Numbered from the stretch's first letter, positions 16,748-24,359 are shown. The stretch is DNA of 41,337 nt from Parcubacteria group bacterium SW_6_46_9 (GCA_003022255.1 PXPA01000011.1:1-41337), one strand, 5' to 3'. Notes: generated by a model not told the origin, from the sequence alone. A program made the numbers and translations.

Positions 16748-17884
16748 TTAAGCATTGCGACGCACTATTTCTGCCGCTTTATGCTTTTTCTCGCCTGTGA
16801 CCTGACGAGTATGCTTATTTAACCCCAAAGGAAGAGCGGGGTCTTCCTCCATGCTAACTAGCTCAACCTCAACATACGCACGCCGAACCGGTTCTTTGAT
16901 TACGTCAATAACAAACCGATACCCTTCAGCGTATAGGTAATACCGGTCTTTTACCATACCAGGGTAAACGGATTCGTTCACCTCATCCCGGAATTCACTT
17001 TTAGTAATATCTTCAGAAGTCTCGCCACGCTCACCAAAATCTTCTGTTGGTCTTTTAGTGGTCTTAATATACTCAACTTCACCAGTCTCCATACCCTTTC
17101 TGCGACGGACGCGTTTTTCCACCTCTGCAGATATTTTCGTATATGCCTGCACCAGCTCGACCCCGGAAAGATTATGCTCATCCACAAATTCTTCTGCGAA
17201 ACCGTAGTCAGTTACCAGGTGTTTTCTTTCTTTTTCACGAGCATTCGGCATATGAAGCACCCGATTAAAAGCACTTATTGCTCGCATGACCTTCTCTGTA
17301 AATCCGGTACTGTTATCGATAACCCTATGGTTGCGGTGGCTTGACCAGGCGCTTTTAGTTGCTTTGTCTAATTGCCTAGCCTCTTCTGGGCTTTCAGTGC
17401 GGGCAGTATTATTTTCAGTCGTATAATGCTCTTTGGCTCCATTTGCGGCTGTTACCATGTGCACCACTAAATCATACCGAGATAGTATGTCGGTATTTGC
17501 AGACACGCCAAGATCAGCCACAATTTCCTCAAAGATCGATCGTTCTACGTAGGCCAGCGAGTCGAAAATAGCACGGTCACAGATTAGTACCCGCTCTTTA
17601 TCTGTATTCATTTTAAGCAACCCACGACAGCGGATGTTCTCTTTTCTGATTTGCTCTCGTATGATTAGCTCTTGGAAGTCATAATCAGTGAGATTTTCCG
17701 GTGTGATATTTGACCGAATGAGCCCGGTCGGCGTCTCTGATAGGGTTGCCACAGCAAAATCATGTCTTTGCAAAAGCGTAACCACCCTATTAATCAATGC
17801 TGTTTTTCCAGCACACGGGCCTCCAGTCACTACAATTACATTGACATCCTTGTTTACATTCGTCTTTATAGCAGTCGGGTTCAT
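16748..17884 (-). CDS. P-loop kinase (NadR C-terminal / AAA_28-like) fused to a CYTH (triphosphate tunnel) domain
   Basis: The Walker A is VVTGGPCAGKTAL. The second half begins REKERKHLV, giving the ExExK signature of CYTH, and ends in beta-strand-like YVEVELV. Confidence 0.6.
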   Translation of the reverse strand: MNPTAIKTNVNKDVNVIVVTGGPCAGKTALINRVVTLLQRHDFAVATLSETPTGLIRSNITPENLTDYDFQELIIREQIRKENIRCRGLLKMNTDKERVLICDRAIFDSLAYVERSIFEEIVADLGVSANTDILSRYDLVVHMVTAANGAKEHYTTENNTARTESPEEARQLDKATKSAWSSHRNHRVIDNSTGFTEKVMRAISAFNRVLHMPNAREKERKHLVTDYGFAEEFVDEHNLSGVELVQAYTKISAEVEKRVRRRKGMETGEVEYIKTTKRPTEDFGERGETSEDITKSEFRDEVNESVYPGMVKDRYYLYAEGYRFVIDVIKEPVRRAYVEVELVSMEEDPALPLGLNKHTRQVTGEKKHKAAEIVRRNA

Positions 17885-18003
17885 CAGCTTTCCTCGCGCA
17901 GGAGGTGGTTGGTGTAAAGAACAAATGCAAGGTTAGTATAACCCTCCCAGTTTCTCGTTGCAACTTACATACAGAAAGCGGTTCGAACTTCTCGTGTGTA
18001 TTG

Positions 18004-18076
18004 GGTGCCTGCCCGGATTTGAACCGGAGCCGCGGCCTCCACAAGGCCGTGTGCTAACCGCTACACCACAGGCACC
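18004..18076 (-). tRNA. tRNA-His (anticodon GTG) with an encoded G-1; CCA not encoded
   Basis: The reverse complement is ggtgcctgtggtgtagcggttagcacacggccttgtggaggccgcggctccggttcaaatccgggcaggcacc. The anticodon stem is cggcc/ggccg and the loop is ttGTGga. An extra 5' G faces C73. Confidence 0.9.
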
Positions 18077-18126
18077 ATAGTTACCACCGCATGCATTGTA
18101 CCGAAAATAACTACTAAGCGTAAGGG

Positions 18127-18537
18127 TTACTTGTTTTCGAAATGTCGGCGCAATATTTTTCTTGCTTGATCCACCGATTCGTACTCAGCGACTTCAAGAT
18201 TATCATTTCCAGCTATCATGGCCGACAAACTATTGCTCGATTGCGTTCTGTATAAACACAGGATTGGTTTTTCGTCTTCGACCTTTCCAATTTCGTAGCC
18301 AACTCCAAGACTTGGATTTGTTACTTCCGCAACCACGTAATCTGCAGACCGCAACCACTCCATGTCACGTTTGTAAATAGAGTTTTCTCGCTTACTTCCA
18401 CCAGAGCTATCCAACCTTTGATTGCCGACATGTTCAGTCAACACATCTCCGTAATTGGTTAGTTCTTGTATAATCTTTTCGTATACCTCCTTGTCATCTC
18501 TTCCGCCACGAATTGAGCCGGCAAAATAAATTTTCAT
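18127..18537 (-). CDS. DNPH1/Rcl-like 2'-deoxynucleoside 5'-phosphate N-hydrolase (nucleoside 2-deoxyribosyltransferase superfamily)
   Basis: MKIYFAGSIRGGRDD...VLTEHVG...DMEWLRSADYVVAEVTNPSLGVGYEIG closely follows the Rcl/DNPH1 pattern (GSIRGGR ... VLTEHV ... VVAEVTxPSLGVGYE). Confidence 0.75.
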   Translation of the reverse strand: MKIYFAGSIRGGRDDKEVYEKIIQELTNYGDVLTEHVGNQRLDSSGGSKRENSIYKRDMEWLRSADYVVAEVTNPSLGVGYEIGKVEDEKPILCLYRTQSSNSLSAMIAGNDNLEVAEYESVDQARKILRRHFENK

Positions 18538-18545
18538 ATCATTGT

Positions 18546-19001
18546 TTAAATTAAGCCGTTCATTGTTAATCGCATGTATGCTTCGGTGAGAATGTCCCGA
18601 GACGATTGATACTCCATCATGTCTTTTGCGGTCTTATAGCTTACCCAACAAGCATCAAGAATTTCCTTAGTTTGGCTTTCCGGTTTCCGCATCTCAGCAA
18701 ACAGCGCCAAGTAGTAAGTGTTGCGCTTCTCGATAAGCTGATCTGCTTTTTTGTACTGATACGACTCCTGAAATATCTCGTCTTTCACAAACTCATCCGG
18801 AAGTAGGCCGGTTTCCTCTTCAAGCTCACGAACTGCTGTATTGACCTCATACTCATACGGTTCTTTATGGCCCTTCGGAAAGCTCCAGTGATCGGGTTTG
18901 CCGTTATCATCAGCATTTTGTACTAGCAAAAACCGTCCGCCTTGCTGTGGGCAAACCGGAACACACCCAAATGCTTTCTCATTGCTTATCTTCTCACTCA
19001 T
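18546..19001 (-). CDS. Nudix hydrolase
   Basis: The Nudix box GHKEPYEYEVNTAVRELEEETGL fits GX5EX7REUXEEXGU. Confidence 0.8.
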   Translation of the reverse strand: MSEKISNEKAFGCVPVCPQQGGRFLLVQNADDNGKPDHWSFPKGHKEPYEYEVNTAVRELEEETGLLPDEFVKDEIFQESYQYKKADQLIEKRNTYYLALFAEMRKPESQTKEILDACWVSYKTAKDMMEYQSSRDILTEAYMRLTMNGLI

Positions 19002-19093
19002 CTTATTTTCACTAAAATAAACTCATTACAGAATGATGACACTAAGTTACATTGTTCACGTTGATTAGTATATCACCCTATAAGAATTCGTCT

Positions 19094-19876
19094 TTACACA
19101 CGAATAGCTATCAGCGAGCGTTCATGCCCAAATTTTTTAGGTTTTTCCTGCGCAATCTTTTGTGAAAAGTCACGAACCTGTTCTTGTAAACCGTCTTCCC
19201 ACTCTGTGAAAAACTGAAGAAATTGTTCGTGGTTAAAATAACGCTCAAAACCATCTGTGAAAAGAAACAGCCTATCACCCGCCTCCGCATTACGCACACC
19301 GCTTTCGGTAAAGTTAACCATTCGGCTCTCACCGTTAATGACAGCGTATGGATCACATCCTCCCGTACTCATAAACTTCTGATTCATTTCGCTATCAAAA
19401 TGGGCGAAAAACGAATCACAAATTGTTGTCCAATACACAGTGTTTCTTTTCTTCACTAAGAAAGCGCCCGTTGCGGCAAATTCACCCGTTGGATTGTTCA
19501 CTAACTCTTTGCGATTGACTGTTTGATTATACTCAGCAACACGTTCATTTGCCTGCGTAAATACATGATCTATGTCAGACTGATCAAAGCTTTCGTATAT
19601 CTCAGCAGAAAACGTTATAACTGATTCACAAAAAATCTCTGCTGTCCGCCCAGACGGAGACGGGTCTGGGTACGACACGCCTTGGTTCACTAACTCCTCT
19701 ACATCCAAGGTAACACCATCAGCGACGGCACATATCGGAAGATCATCTGCCACCGATAGGTAGTCTTCTTGCGGATGCTCATGTGAATCAATAAAATCCT
19801 GTGATAGGTCGTGCTTTTCTCCGGCTATTTGCAGGTACTCATCACTTGCTGGTTGCAGAATTGAAATAGTGTTCAT
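19094..19876 (-). CDS. PP2C/SpoIIE-like phosphatase domain protein (divergent)
   Basis: ICAVADGVT and RLFLFTDGFERYF resemble the first and last metal-binding Asp motifs of PP2C/SpoIIE folds. The remainder is divergent. Confidence 0.5.
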   Translation of the reverse strand: MNTISILQPASDEYLQIAGEKHDLSQDFIDSHEHPQEDYLSVADDLPICAVADGVTLDVEELVNQGVSYPDPSPSGRTAEIFCESVITFSAEIYESFDQSDIDHVFTQANERVAEYNQTVNRKELVNNPTGEFAATGAFLVKKRNTVYWTTICDSFFAHFDSEMNQKFMSTGGCDPYAVINGESRMVNFTESGVRNAEAGDRLFLFTDGFERYFNHEQFLQFFTEWEDGLQEQVRDFSQKIAQEKPKKFGHERSLIAIRV

Positions 19877-19892
19877 ACTATTTTCATAAAAA

Positions 19893-20426
19893 TCATTCTG
19901 GTAGGTGTTTGGCTAGTTTATGTACTGATTCTTTGACTGAAAGCTTGCCGACATCTAATTTGATTTCTTTTTCTGATTGTTCATTCATTACATACTCATG
20001 CAGCTCATCAAACTCATTCTTAGGAACACTATATTCTCGCTGTTGATTGCGTCGCCATAAAATTTCGTAGTCAGCGTAGAGAAGAATCGGGTGTGCCTTA
20101 ACGTTATACCGATCAGATAGAGTTAGAATATCACTCATAGAGCCATGTGGACCATCATCATTCCATGCAAATAACCCTTCAGTAACAATTGTATATCTGC
20201 CGTCATCAAGATAATTTTCTAGCACAGATAAATAATTTTTATATGCTAGCCGATGTTCACTCTTTGTAACTTCAGAAATTTCTCTGTCACAAAGATGAAT
20301 ATTCCAACGAAACATATCCAGCTCCAGATATGCAACTTTACCAGGAGTTTTTGGAATAAATTCTTTCGTAATAGTACCCTTACCACTGGCTGGTGCGCCA
20401 CGAAATATAAAAATCTGTTTGCTCAT
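19893..20426 (-). CDS. P-loop kinase (AAA_33 / zeta-toxin-like small kinase)
   Basis: The Walker A is FRGAPASGKGTITKEF. The size (177 aa) and layout are typical of small nucleotide or metabolite kinases. Confidence 0.6.
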   Translation of the reverse strand: MSKQIFIFRGAPASGKGTITKEFIPKTPGKVAYLELDMFRWNIHLCDREISEVTKSEHRLAYKNYLSVLENYLDDGRYTIVTEGLFAWNDDGPHGSMSDILTLSDRYNVKAHPILLYADYEILWRRNQQREYSVPKNEFDELHEYVMNEQSEKEIKLDVGKLSVKESVHKLAKHLPE

Positions 20427-20458
20427 ACTTAATCCAATGGTAGCAAAACCAAAGGGTG

Positions 20459-20880
20459 TGCTCAGGGTGGGAACCTCACGTAGACATAACTTCTTTTGAA
20501 ACCAGAGTGGGATTCCTCTCCAGTCAGCTGCCTGACGGCAGCTGCTTCCGAGCCGGACCTCGCCGTCTTCGCCTTCTCGCTTCGCCCCTCACATGGATTC
20601 GTTACATAACTTTGATGAAAAACTTTACAGCTTGGTACCCATCAATGGTCCATGCGAGGGGCTTCGATCAAAACTCAGACATGGCTGCGGCCTTCGAATC
20701 CCACAAAAACATGCATAAATGCATGTTTACCTAGCTATATTATAAGCAAGTACCGAGCTAAGGTGCTTAACTTGTAAGTGCCTTAGCTCGGTTCCTCGGA
20801 AAAGAGAGGCAGTGAGCGAGAAATCGCGCGAACGTCAGAAGATGAGTCGACGAAAGGGTTTTTCTCTCCGAGCCCTATTG
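20459..20880 (-). repeat. non-coding island downstream of tRNA-Leu, ending in a degenerate copy of the tRNA-Leu 3' end (20459-20475); contains the f-module of the tRNA-linked repeat family and two long hairpins
   Basis: 20459-20475 tgctcagggtgggaacc compares with tRNA-Leu 20881-20894 tgcccagggcggga (12/14). On the minus strand, gattcgaaggccgca, atgtctgagtttt and gacggcgaggtccggctcggaagcag parallel the Arg- and Val-linked copies. Hairpins lie at 20707-20728 (10-bp palindrome plus T-run on the minus strand) and 20752-20792 (12 bp perfect, extendable to 18 bp). Confidence 0.6.
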
Positions 20881-20965
20881 TGCCCAGGGCGGGACTCGAA
20901 CCCGCATGCGCGTAAGCGCGACGGCCCTCAACCGCCCGTGTATACCAAGATTCCACCACCTGGGC
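20881..20965 (-). tRNA. tRNA-Leu (anticodon GAG), class II with a long variable arm
   Basis: The reverse complement is gcccaggtggtggaatcttggtatacacgggcggttgagggccgtcgcgcttacgcgcatgcgggttcgagtcccgccctgggca. The anticodon stem is ggcgg/ccgtc and the loop is ttGAGgg. Confidence 0.9.
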
Positions 20966-20973
20966 ATCGGCAT

Positions 20974-21639
20974 TCATAGCTGCATATCCACTTTAGCTAA
21001 TGCTTCTTTGATTTTCAACCGCTTTCGTGAAAGGTACGTAATATCATTAGAGTGATACATATTTCTTAACAAATTCATAGACTCATCTTTTGCGTATTTA
21101 AGTTTATAAACCTTACTATTTTTCGATTTACAAATATGTCCACGAATATCAATAAATTTGTTTATATTCTCTCGTAGCCAGTCGATATGGTCTTCACTGG
21201 CTGAATTAAATACGGTATAAAACATATAACTAGATTCCCAGCGCTTATCCCAAAAGCTGTAAAAACAACCATCCCCATCAAAAAGACCGCGTAAAAAATC
21301 AAGAAAATACTTATCGGGAATATCGATTGACCCAATTGTTTTGGACTTGGCAGTTGTCAGCCCAATGTCTTCTAAAAAAGAATAAAACAGCACATCACCA
21401 AACTGAACTCTTCCACATCTTCCACCCCTGCCGTTCTCTTTTTCAGATATTTTTACATGCTCTATATCTAAACATCTCACAAAGTTTTCTAGCTGCTCTT
21501 CATCTTGAGAAGTAAAATCGAGATGCCTGCCATTACTTGAAAGACATCCATCGGCTGTAAAAAGCCCGACTGCATATGCAAAATCAGGAGACCAGGTAAT
21601 ATCAACTACTCCTTTGGGTTTTGGGCCAGGTTTTGCCAC
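20974..21639 (-). CDS. free-standing double-motif LAGLIDADG homing endonuclease
   Basis: There are two LAGLIDADG-type motifs, FAYAVGLFTADGCL and FLRGLFDGDGCF, about 100 aa apart. The stop codon is 8 nt upstream of the tRNA-Leu 5' end on the same strand. Confidence 0.85.
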   Translation of the reverse strand: MAKPGPKPKGVVDITWSPDFAYAVGLFTADGCLSSNGRHLDFTSQDEEQLENFVRCLDIEHVKISEKENGRGGRCGRVQFGDVLFYSFLEDIGLTTAKSKTIGSIDIPDKYFLDFLRGLFDGDGCFYSFWDKRWESSYMFYTVFNSASEDHIDWLRENINKFIDIRGHICKSKNSKVYKLKYAKDESMNLLRNMYHSNDITYLSRKRLKIKEALAKVDMQL

Positions 21640-21680
21640 TATCTATATTATACTGCAAGAAAATTCTTACAACCAGAACA

Positions 21681-21740
21681 GGTGTTACGTAACAGATTGA
21701 AAGTTGTTTTATAACAAAAATTTTGCTGTTATGTAACACC
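21681..21740. repeat. 15-bp inverted repeat ggtgttacgtaacag / ctgttatgtaacacc separated by 30 nt, just downstream of rplS
   Basis: Read directly from the sequence, with one G-T mismatch position. It could be a terminator-like or regulatory hairpin. Confidence 0.4.
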
Positions 21741-21747
21741 ATGCGGC

Positions 21748-22332
21748 TTACTCTTTAACCTCGTTGTCTTCATCGCCGGACTCTTCATCAGAATTTTCAT
21801 CTTCACTGTCAGATTTTTCTTGGCTGGAGTCATCTTGTTCTATTTCTGCGCTATCTTCTGGCGAATCGTCGGCAGATTCGTCAACATTATCAGCATCTTC
21901 ATCTTCTTCGGTGTCTTCATTTTCACCACTCTCTTCACCCTCAGTTTTCGTAGAAATATCAACATTAACCATCCGGCGCATCTGCCGGCGAATCTGGCGA
22001 GCTGCCTTATCCCGGATATGATACAGTTTCGAGCGACGCATTTGCGCGCGGCGAACAATATTAATTTCATCAATACGCGGAGAATACAGCGGAAAGATCT
22101 TTTCGACACCAACACCCTCAACCTCAGATCGAACCGTAAAGGTTCCGCCCGGCTCATCACCGTGTTTTCGACCGAGCACAATACCTTCAAACGGCTCAAG
22201 GCGGTACTCCCCGCCACCATCATCGACTTTCTCGACAACCCGAACCGTGTCACCGGTCTGAATATCAATATCCTGTCGCTTGCCGACATCAACCGGCGAA
22301 ATTACGTTTTGTTGATCTTTTGTGGGAGCCAT
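21748..22332 (-). CDS. rplS: 50S ribosomal protein L19 with a ~75-aa acidic C-terminal extension
   Basis: The L19 core includes GDTVRVV...EG(I)VLGRKHG...TFTVR...GVEKIFPLYSPRIDEI.VVRR. The tail is rich in D, E and S (EDEDADNVDESADDSPEDSAEIEQDDSSQEKSDSEDENSDEESGDEDNE). Confidence 0.9.
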   Translation of the reverse strand: MAPTKDQQNVISPVDVGKRQDIDIQTGDTVRVVEKVDDGGGEYRLEPFEGIVLGRKHGDEPGGTFTVRSEVEGVGVEKIFPLYSPRIDEINIVRRAQMRRSKLYHIRDKAARQIRRQMRRMVNVDISTKTEGEESGENEDTEEDEDADNVDESADDSPEDSAEIEQDDSSQEKSDSEDENSDEESGDEDNEVKE

Positions 22333-22379
22333 AAAAAAAGAATTTTACAGTATTACATTACCACATAAATTCTTGCCTC

Positions 22380-22986
22380 TCAAGAAAATACGGCGTCTTT
22401 TGCCGACTGAAAGTCTGGGGGCAAATCTGTTTCGGCGGCAATGGTTTGACCGTCTGGTGTATTAAAGGTAATTCGGCGCGCATGGAGCGCCTGACGATAT
22501 AATTCACCAAAACACTCTTTGCCGTCTGCATACAAACTGTCACAAACTACCGGATGGTGGATTGATTTCAGATGCACGCGGATCTGGTGGGTGCGTCCCG
22601 TTTTTGGATACGCTTGGCTCATCGATGGTAAATGACGGATTGGTTATTTCGCCGTACACAAGTGTTTGGTACTCTTTTTTAATCGTTCGGTTTTTAAACT
22701 GCTTTTTAATATGCTCGTAGGCTTTTTGGTTTCGTACCACAATCACCACACCGCTCGTTTCTTTATCCAGTCGATGAACAATGCCGGGCCGCGGTATATC
22801 CGGCTTACCCTCCCTTTGGATTGGTTCACCAACTCCATCTGTTTCCGGGTAGTTTTTCTGGATCCACTGAGCCAAATGCGGCCTGCCTGTTCGGCCGTCA
22901 CCATGAACCATCAAGCCGGCCGGCTTGTTTATGACGACCACAAAATCAGTTTCAATCACAACAGACACTTGGTCAAGTAAGCTCAT
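22380..22986 (-). pseudogene. RluA-family pseudouridine synthase, frameshifted and apparently internally deleted
   Basis: ORF 22540-22986 has VVINKPAGLMVH and GIVHRLDKETSGVVIV. ORF 22380-22622 has TGRTHQIRVH in another frame. About 40 aa usually lying between these motifs seem absent. Confidence 0.6.
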
Positions 22987-23258
22987 CGAACGACTTTAAA
23001 GTCAGACATCCGGTCTTGCAACGTATCGCTAATCTGAATATCAGTGTCTCGCACCTCAGCAAAATAAGGACCGGAATTGAGGTGGTCTGCTAACGTCTCC
23101 AGATCATCTTTCGGGCCCTGAGCAACGCACCGAACCGTACCGTCCTCCATATTCTTCACCCACCCGGCCAAATCAAGCTTTTGGGCCTGCTTTTTGGTGT
23201 AGGCACGGAAGCCAACATTCTGTACTTTGCCGTAAATTGTCGCTTCGAGTTCTTTCAT
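22983..23258 (-). CDS. acyP: acylphosphatase
   Basis: 91 aa. It has YGKVQNVGFRAYTKKQA..L.LAGWVKNMEDGTV, the acylphosphatase signature. Confidence 0.85.
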   Translation of the reverse strand: MKELEATIYGKVQNVGFRAYTKKQAQKLDLAGWVKNMEDGTVRCVAQGPKDDLETLADHLNSGPYFAEVRDTDIQISDTLQDRMSDFKVVR

Positions 23259-23305
23259 GTATTACAATGATACCGAATTAGCCATACAAAACAATTATCC
23301 TTATT

Positions 23306-23908
23306 ATGAGTTATAAAACTATCAGTTTAACAGTAGCCGTAATTGTAGTTGCTACAGGAGGCTTTCTGCTGGTAAACCAAAACCGGCCAACAACAAAAGA
23401 CAACAACAGCACAAGCACAGCCACTCAAAGCCAAAACTGCGATACCTATACCGCACAACAAGGTTCAGAGTTCCGACCAGGTTATTTACCACAAATAGAC
23501 AATCGTCAGGCACTCAAACAAGCAATGATTGACTACCATGGCGAGGACATGGAAGGTAAAGATGGCGAATTAGCTGCTGTCGGCTTCAATCTGGCTCTCC
23601 TATATCACGAATATCAAGCCCATCAGTGTAATGGCCCAAACACTGAGTTTGCGTCTGACCAATCTCGACTTGATAACATTGGCGGATCAATAACCATAGA
23701 AGGCTCTGCGCGAGACGGAATGGGAGGAAAGCTTGCTGAAAGACTGCGCAATCTTGGGGCAGATCGTGTCGCTGGATCAAAAAATGCAGTTAGCGGCATA
23801 ATTCCAATCGAGAAAATACCGCAGGTAGCAAAAATTAACGCTGCAAGCTCATTATGGTCTTCACAAGGAACCACCGATTCCGGATCGGCAGGTACAATAA
23901 CTGGTTGA
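23306..23908 (+). CDS. membrane-anchored hypothetical protein
   Basis: 200 aa, with an N-terminal TM segment ISLTVAVIVVATGGFLLV. I recognise no other motif. Confidence 0.5.
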   Translation: MSYKTISLTVAVIVVATGGFLLVNQNRPTTKDNNSTSTATQSQNCDTYTAQQGSEFRPGYLPQIDNRQALKQAMIDYHGEDMEGKDGELAAVGFNLALLYHEYQAHQCNGPNTEFASDQSRLDNIGGSITIEGSARDGMGGKLAERLRNLGADRVAGSKNAVSGIIPIEKIPQVAKINAASSLWSSQGTTDSGSAGTITG

Positions 23909-23948
23909 TTGATTTTTATCAAATAAATAGTAGAATAAGAATGTATTT

Positions 23949-24052
23949 GGGCGGTTAGCTCACCCCAAGAGTACTTCTTCGTCAGTAAACTGACTCAGGG
24001 CGCAGCTGGCAAGTTTGCCAGCTTCGCTAACCACTTTTTAAAATTTAACTAT
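23949..24052 (+). repeat. exact copy of tRNA-Val nt 1-14 (23949-23962), followed by the repeat-family core (b-module, 23961-24006) and a 9-bp hairpin
   Basis: gggcggttagctca is identical to 24053-24066. The core is caccccaagagtacttcttcgtcagtaaactgactcagggcgcagc. The hairpin agctggcaa/ttgccagct lies at 24004-24023. Confidence 0.7.
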
Positions 24053-24125
24053 GGGCGGTTAGCTCAGCTGGTAGAGCGTCTCGTTTACACCGAGAATGTC
24101 GTAGGTTCAAGTCCTACACCGCCCA
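24053..24125 (+). tRNA. tRNA-Val (anticodon TAC)
   Basis: The sequence is gggcggttagctcagctggtagagcgtctcgtttacaccgagaatgtcgtaggttcaagtcctacaccgccca. The anticodon stem is tctcg/cgaga and the loop is ttTACac. Confidence 0.92.
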
Positions 24126-24311
24126 CAACGAACAAAGTGAAAAGTGAGTTGTGGCGGTGAGCAAGCAACTTTCTTTGCTTGCATTCGGGCTTGAAAGCCG
24201 CAACTATATCTGAGTTTGCCAAGCTCTGCTTGGCGGGGCGTAGATAGTGAGGCTCGGCGCGAAGGCAAAACTCGTCAGAGTTTTGACCGAAGAGAAGTCC
24301 TACACCGCCCA
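24126..24311 (+). repeat. hairpin-rich tRNA-Val trailer (e- and f-modules), ending in an exact 20-nt copy of the tRNA-Val 3' end plus flank
   Basis: 24295-24314 aagtcctacaccgcccacaa equals 24109-24128. The trailer start caacgaacaa...gagttgtg parallels the tRNA-Arg trailer caacgagcaa...gagttgtg. atatctgagttt at 24206 is shared with 25594. Confidence 0.7.
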
Positions 24312-24321
24312 CAAATTCAAA

Positions 24322-24348
24322 AACAGCGTCCATTCGGGCGCTGTTTTT
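24322..24348 (+). terminator. rho-independent terminator after the tRNA-Val unit
   Basis: The stem is aacagcg/cgctgtt (7 bp) with a 10-nt loop, followed by TTTTT. Confidence 0.7.
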
Positions 24349-24359
24349 ATATTAGATGT

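Noticed and set aside
20456-20977. Track ORFs 20456-20734 (+) and 20783-20977 (-) as protein genes
   Set aside because: One overlaps tRNA-Leu and the other lies in the hairpin-rich repeat island. They have no start context and their composition looks non-coding.
21764-22368. Long ORFs in other frames or strands across rplS (21764-22021, 21820-22368, 21840-22292)
   Set aside because: They are shadow ORFs created by the low-complexity acidic-tail codons. Only the L19 frame has a recognisable protein.
23961-24006. A hammerhead-like ribozyme core, based on CUGAGUCAG...CUGACGAAG on the reverse strand of the Val copy
   Set aside because: The CUGANGA box is not satisfied (CUGAGUC). The CUGA and GAAA positions are not conserved in the other copies of the repeat.
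23949-24311. A group I intron or other intron interrupting a tRNA gene, suggested by exon-like tRNA fragments on both sides
   Set aside because: The inner tRNA-Val, tRNA-Arg and tRNA-Leu are complete and uninterrupted. The fragments break at about nt 14 and about nt 57, not in the anticodon loop. The outer fragments lack a D-loop remainder and an anticodon arm. I could not identify P3, P7 or a G-binding-site-like core.
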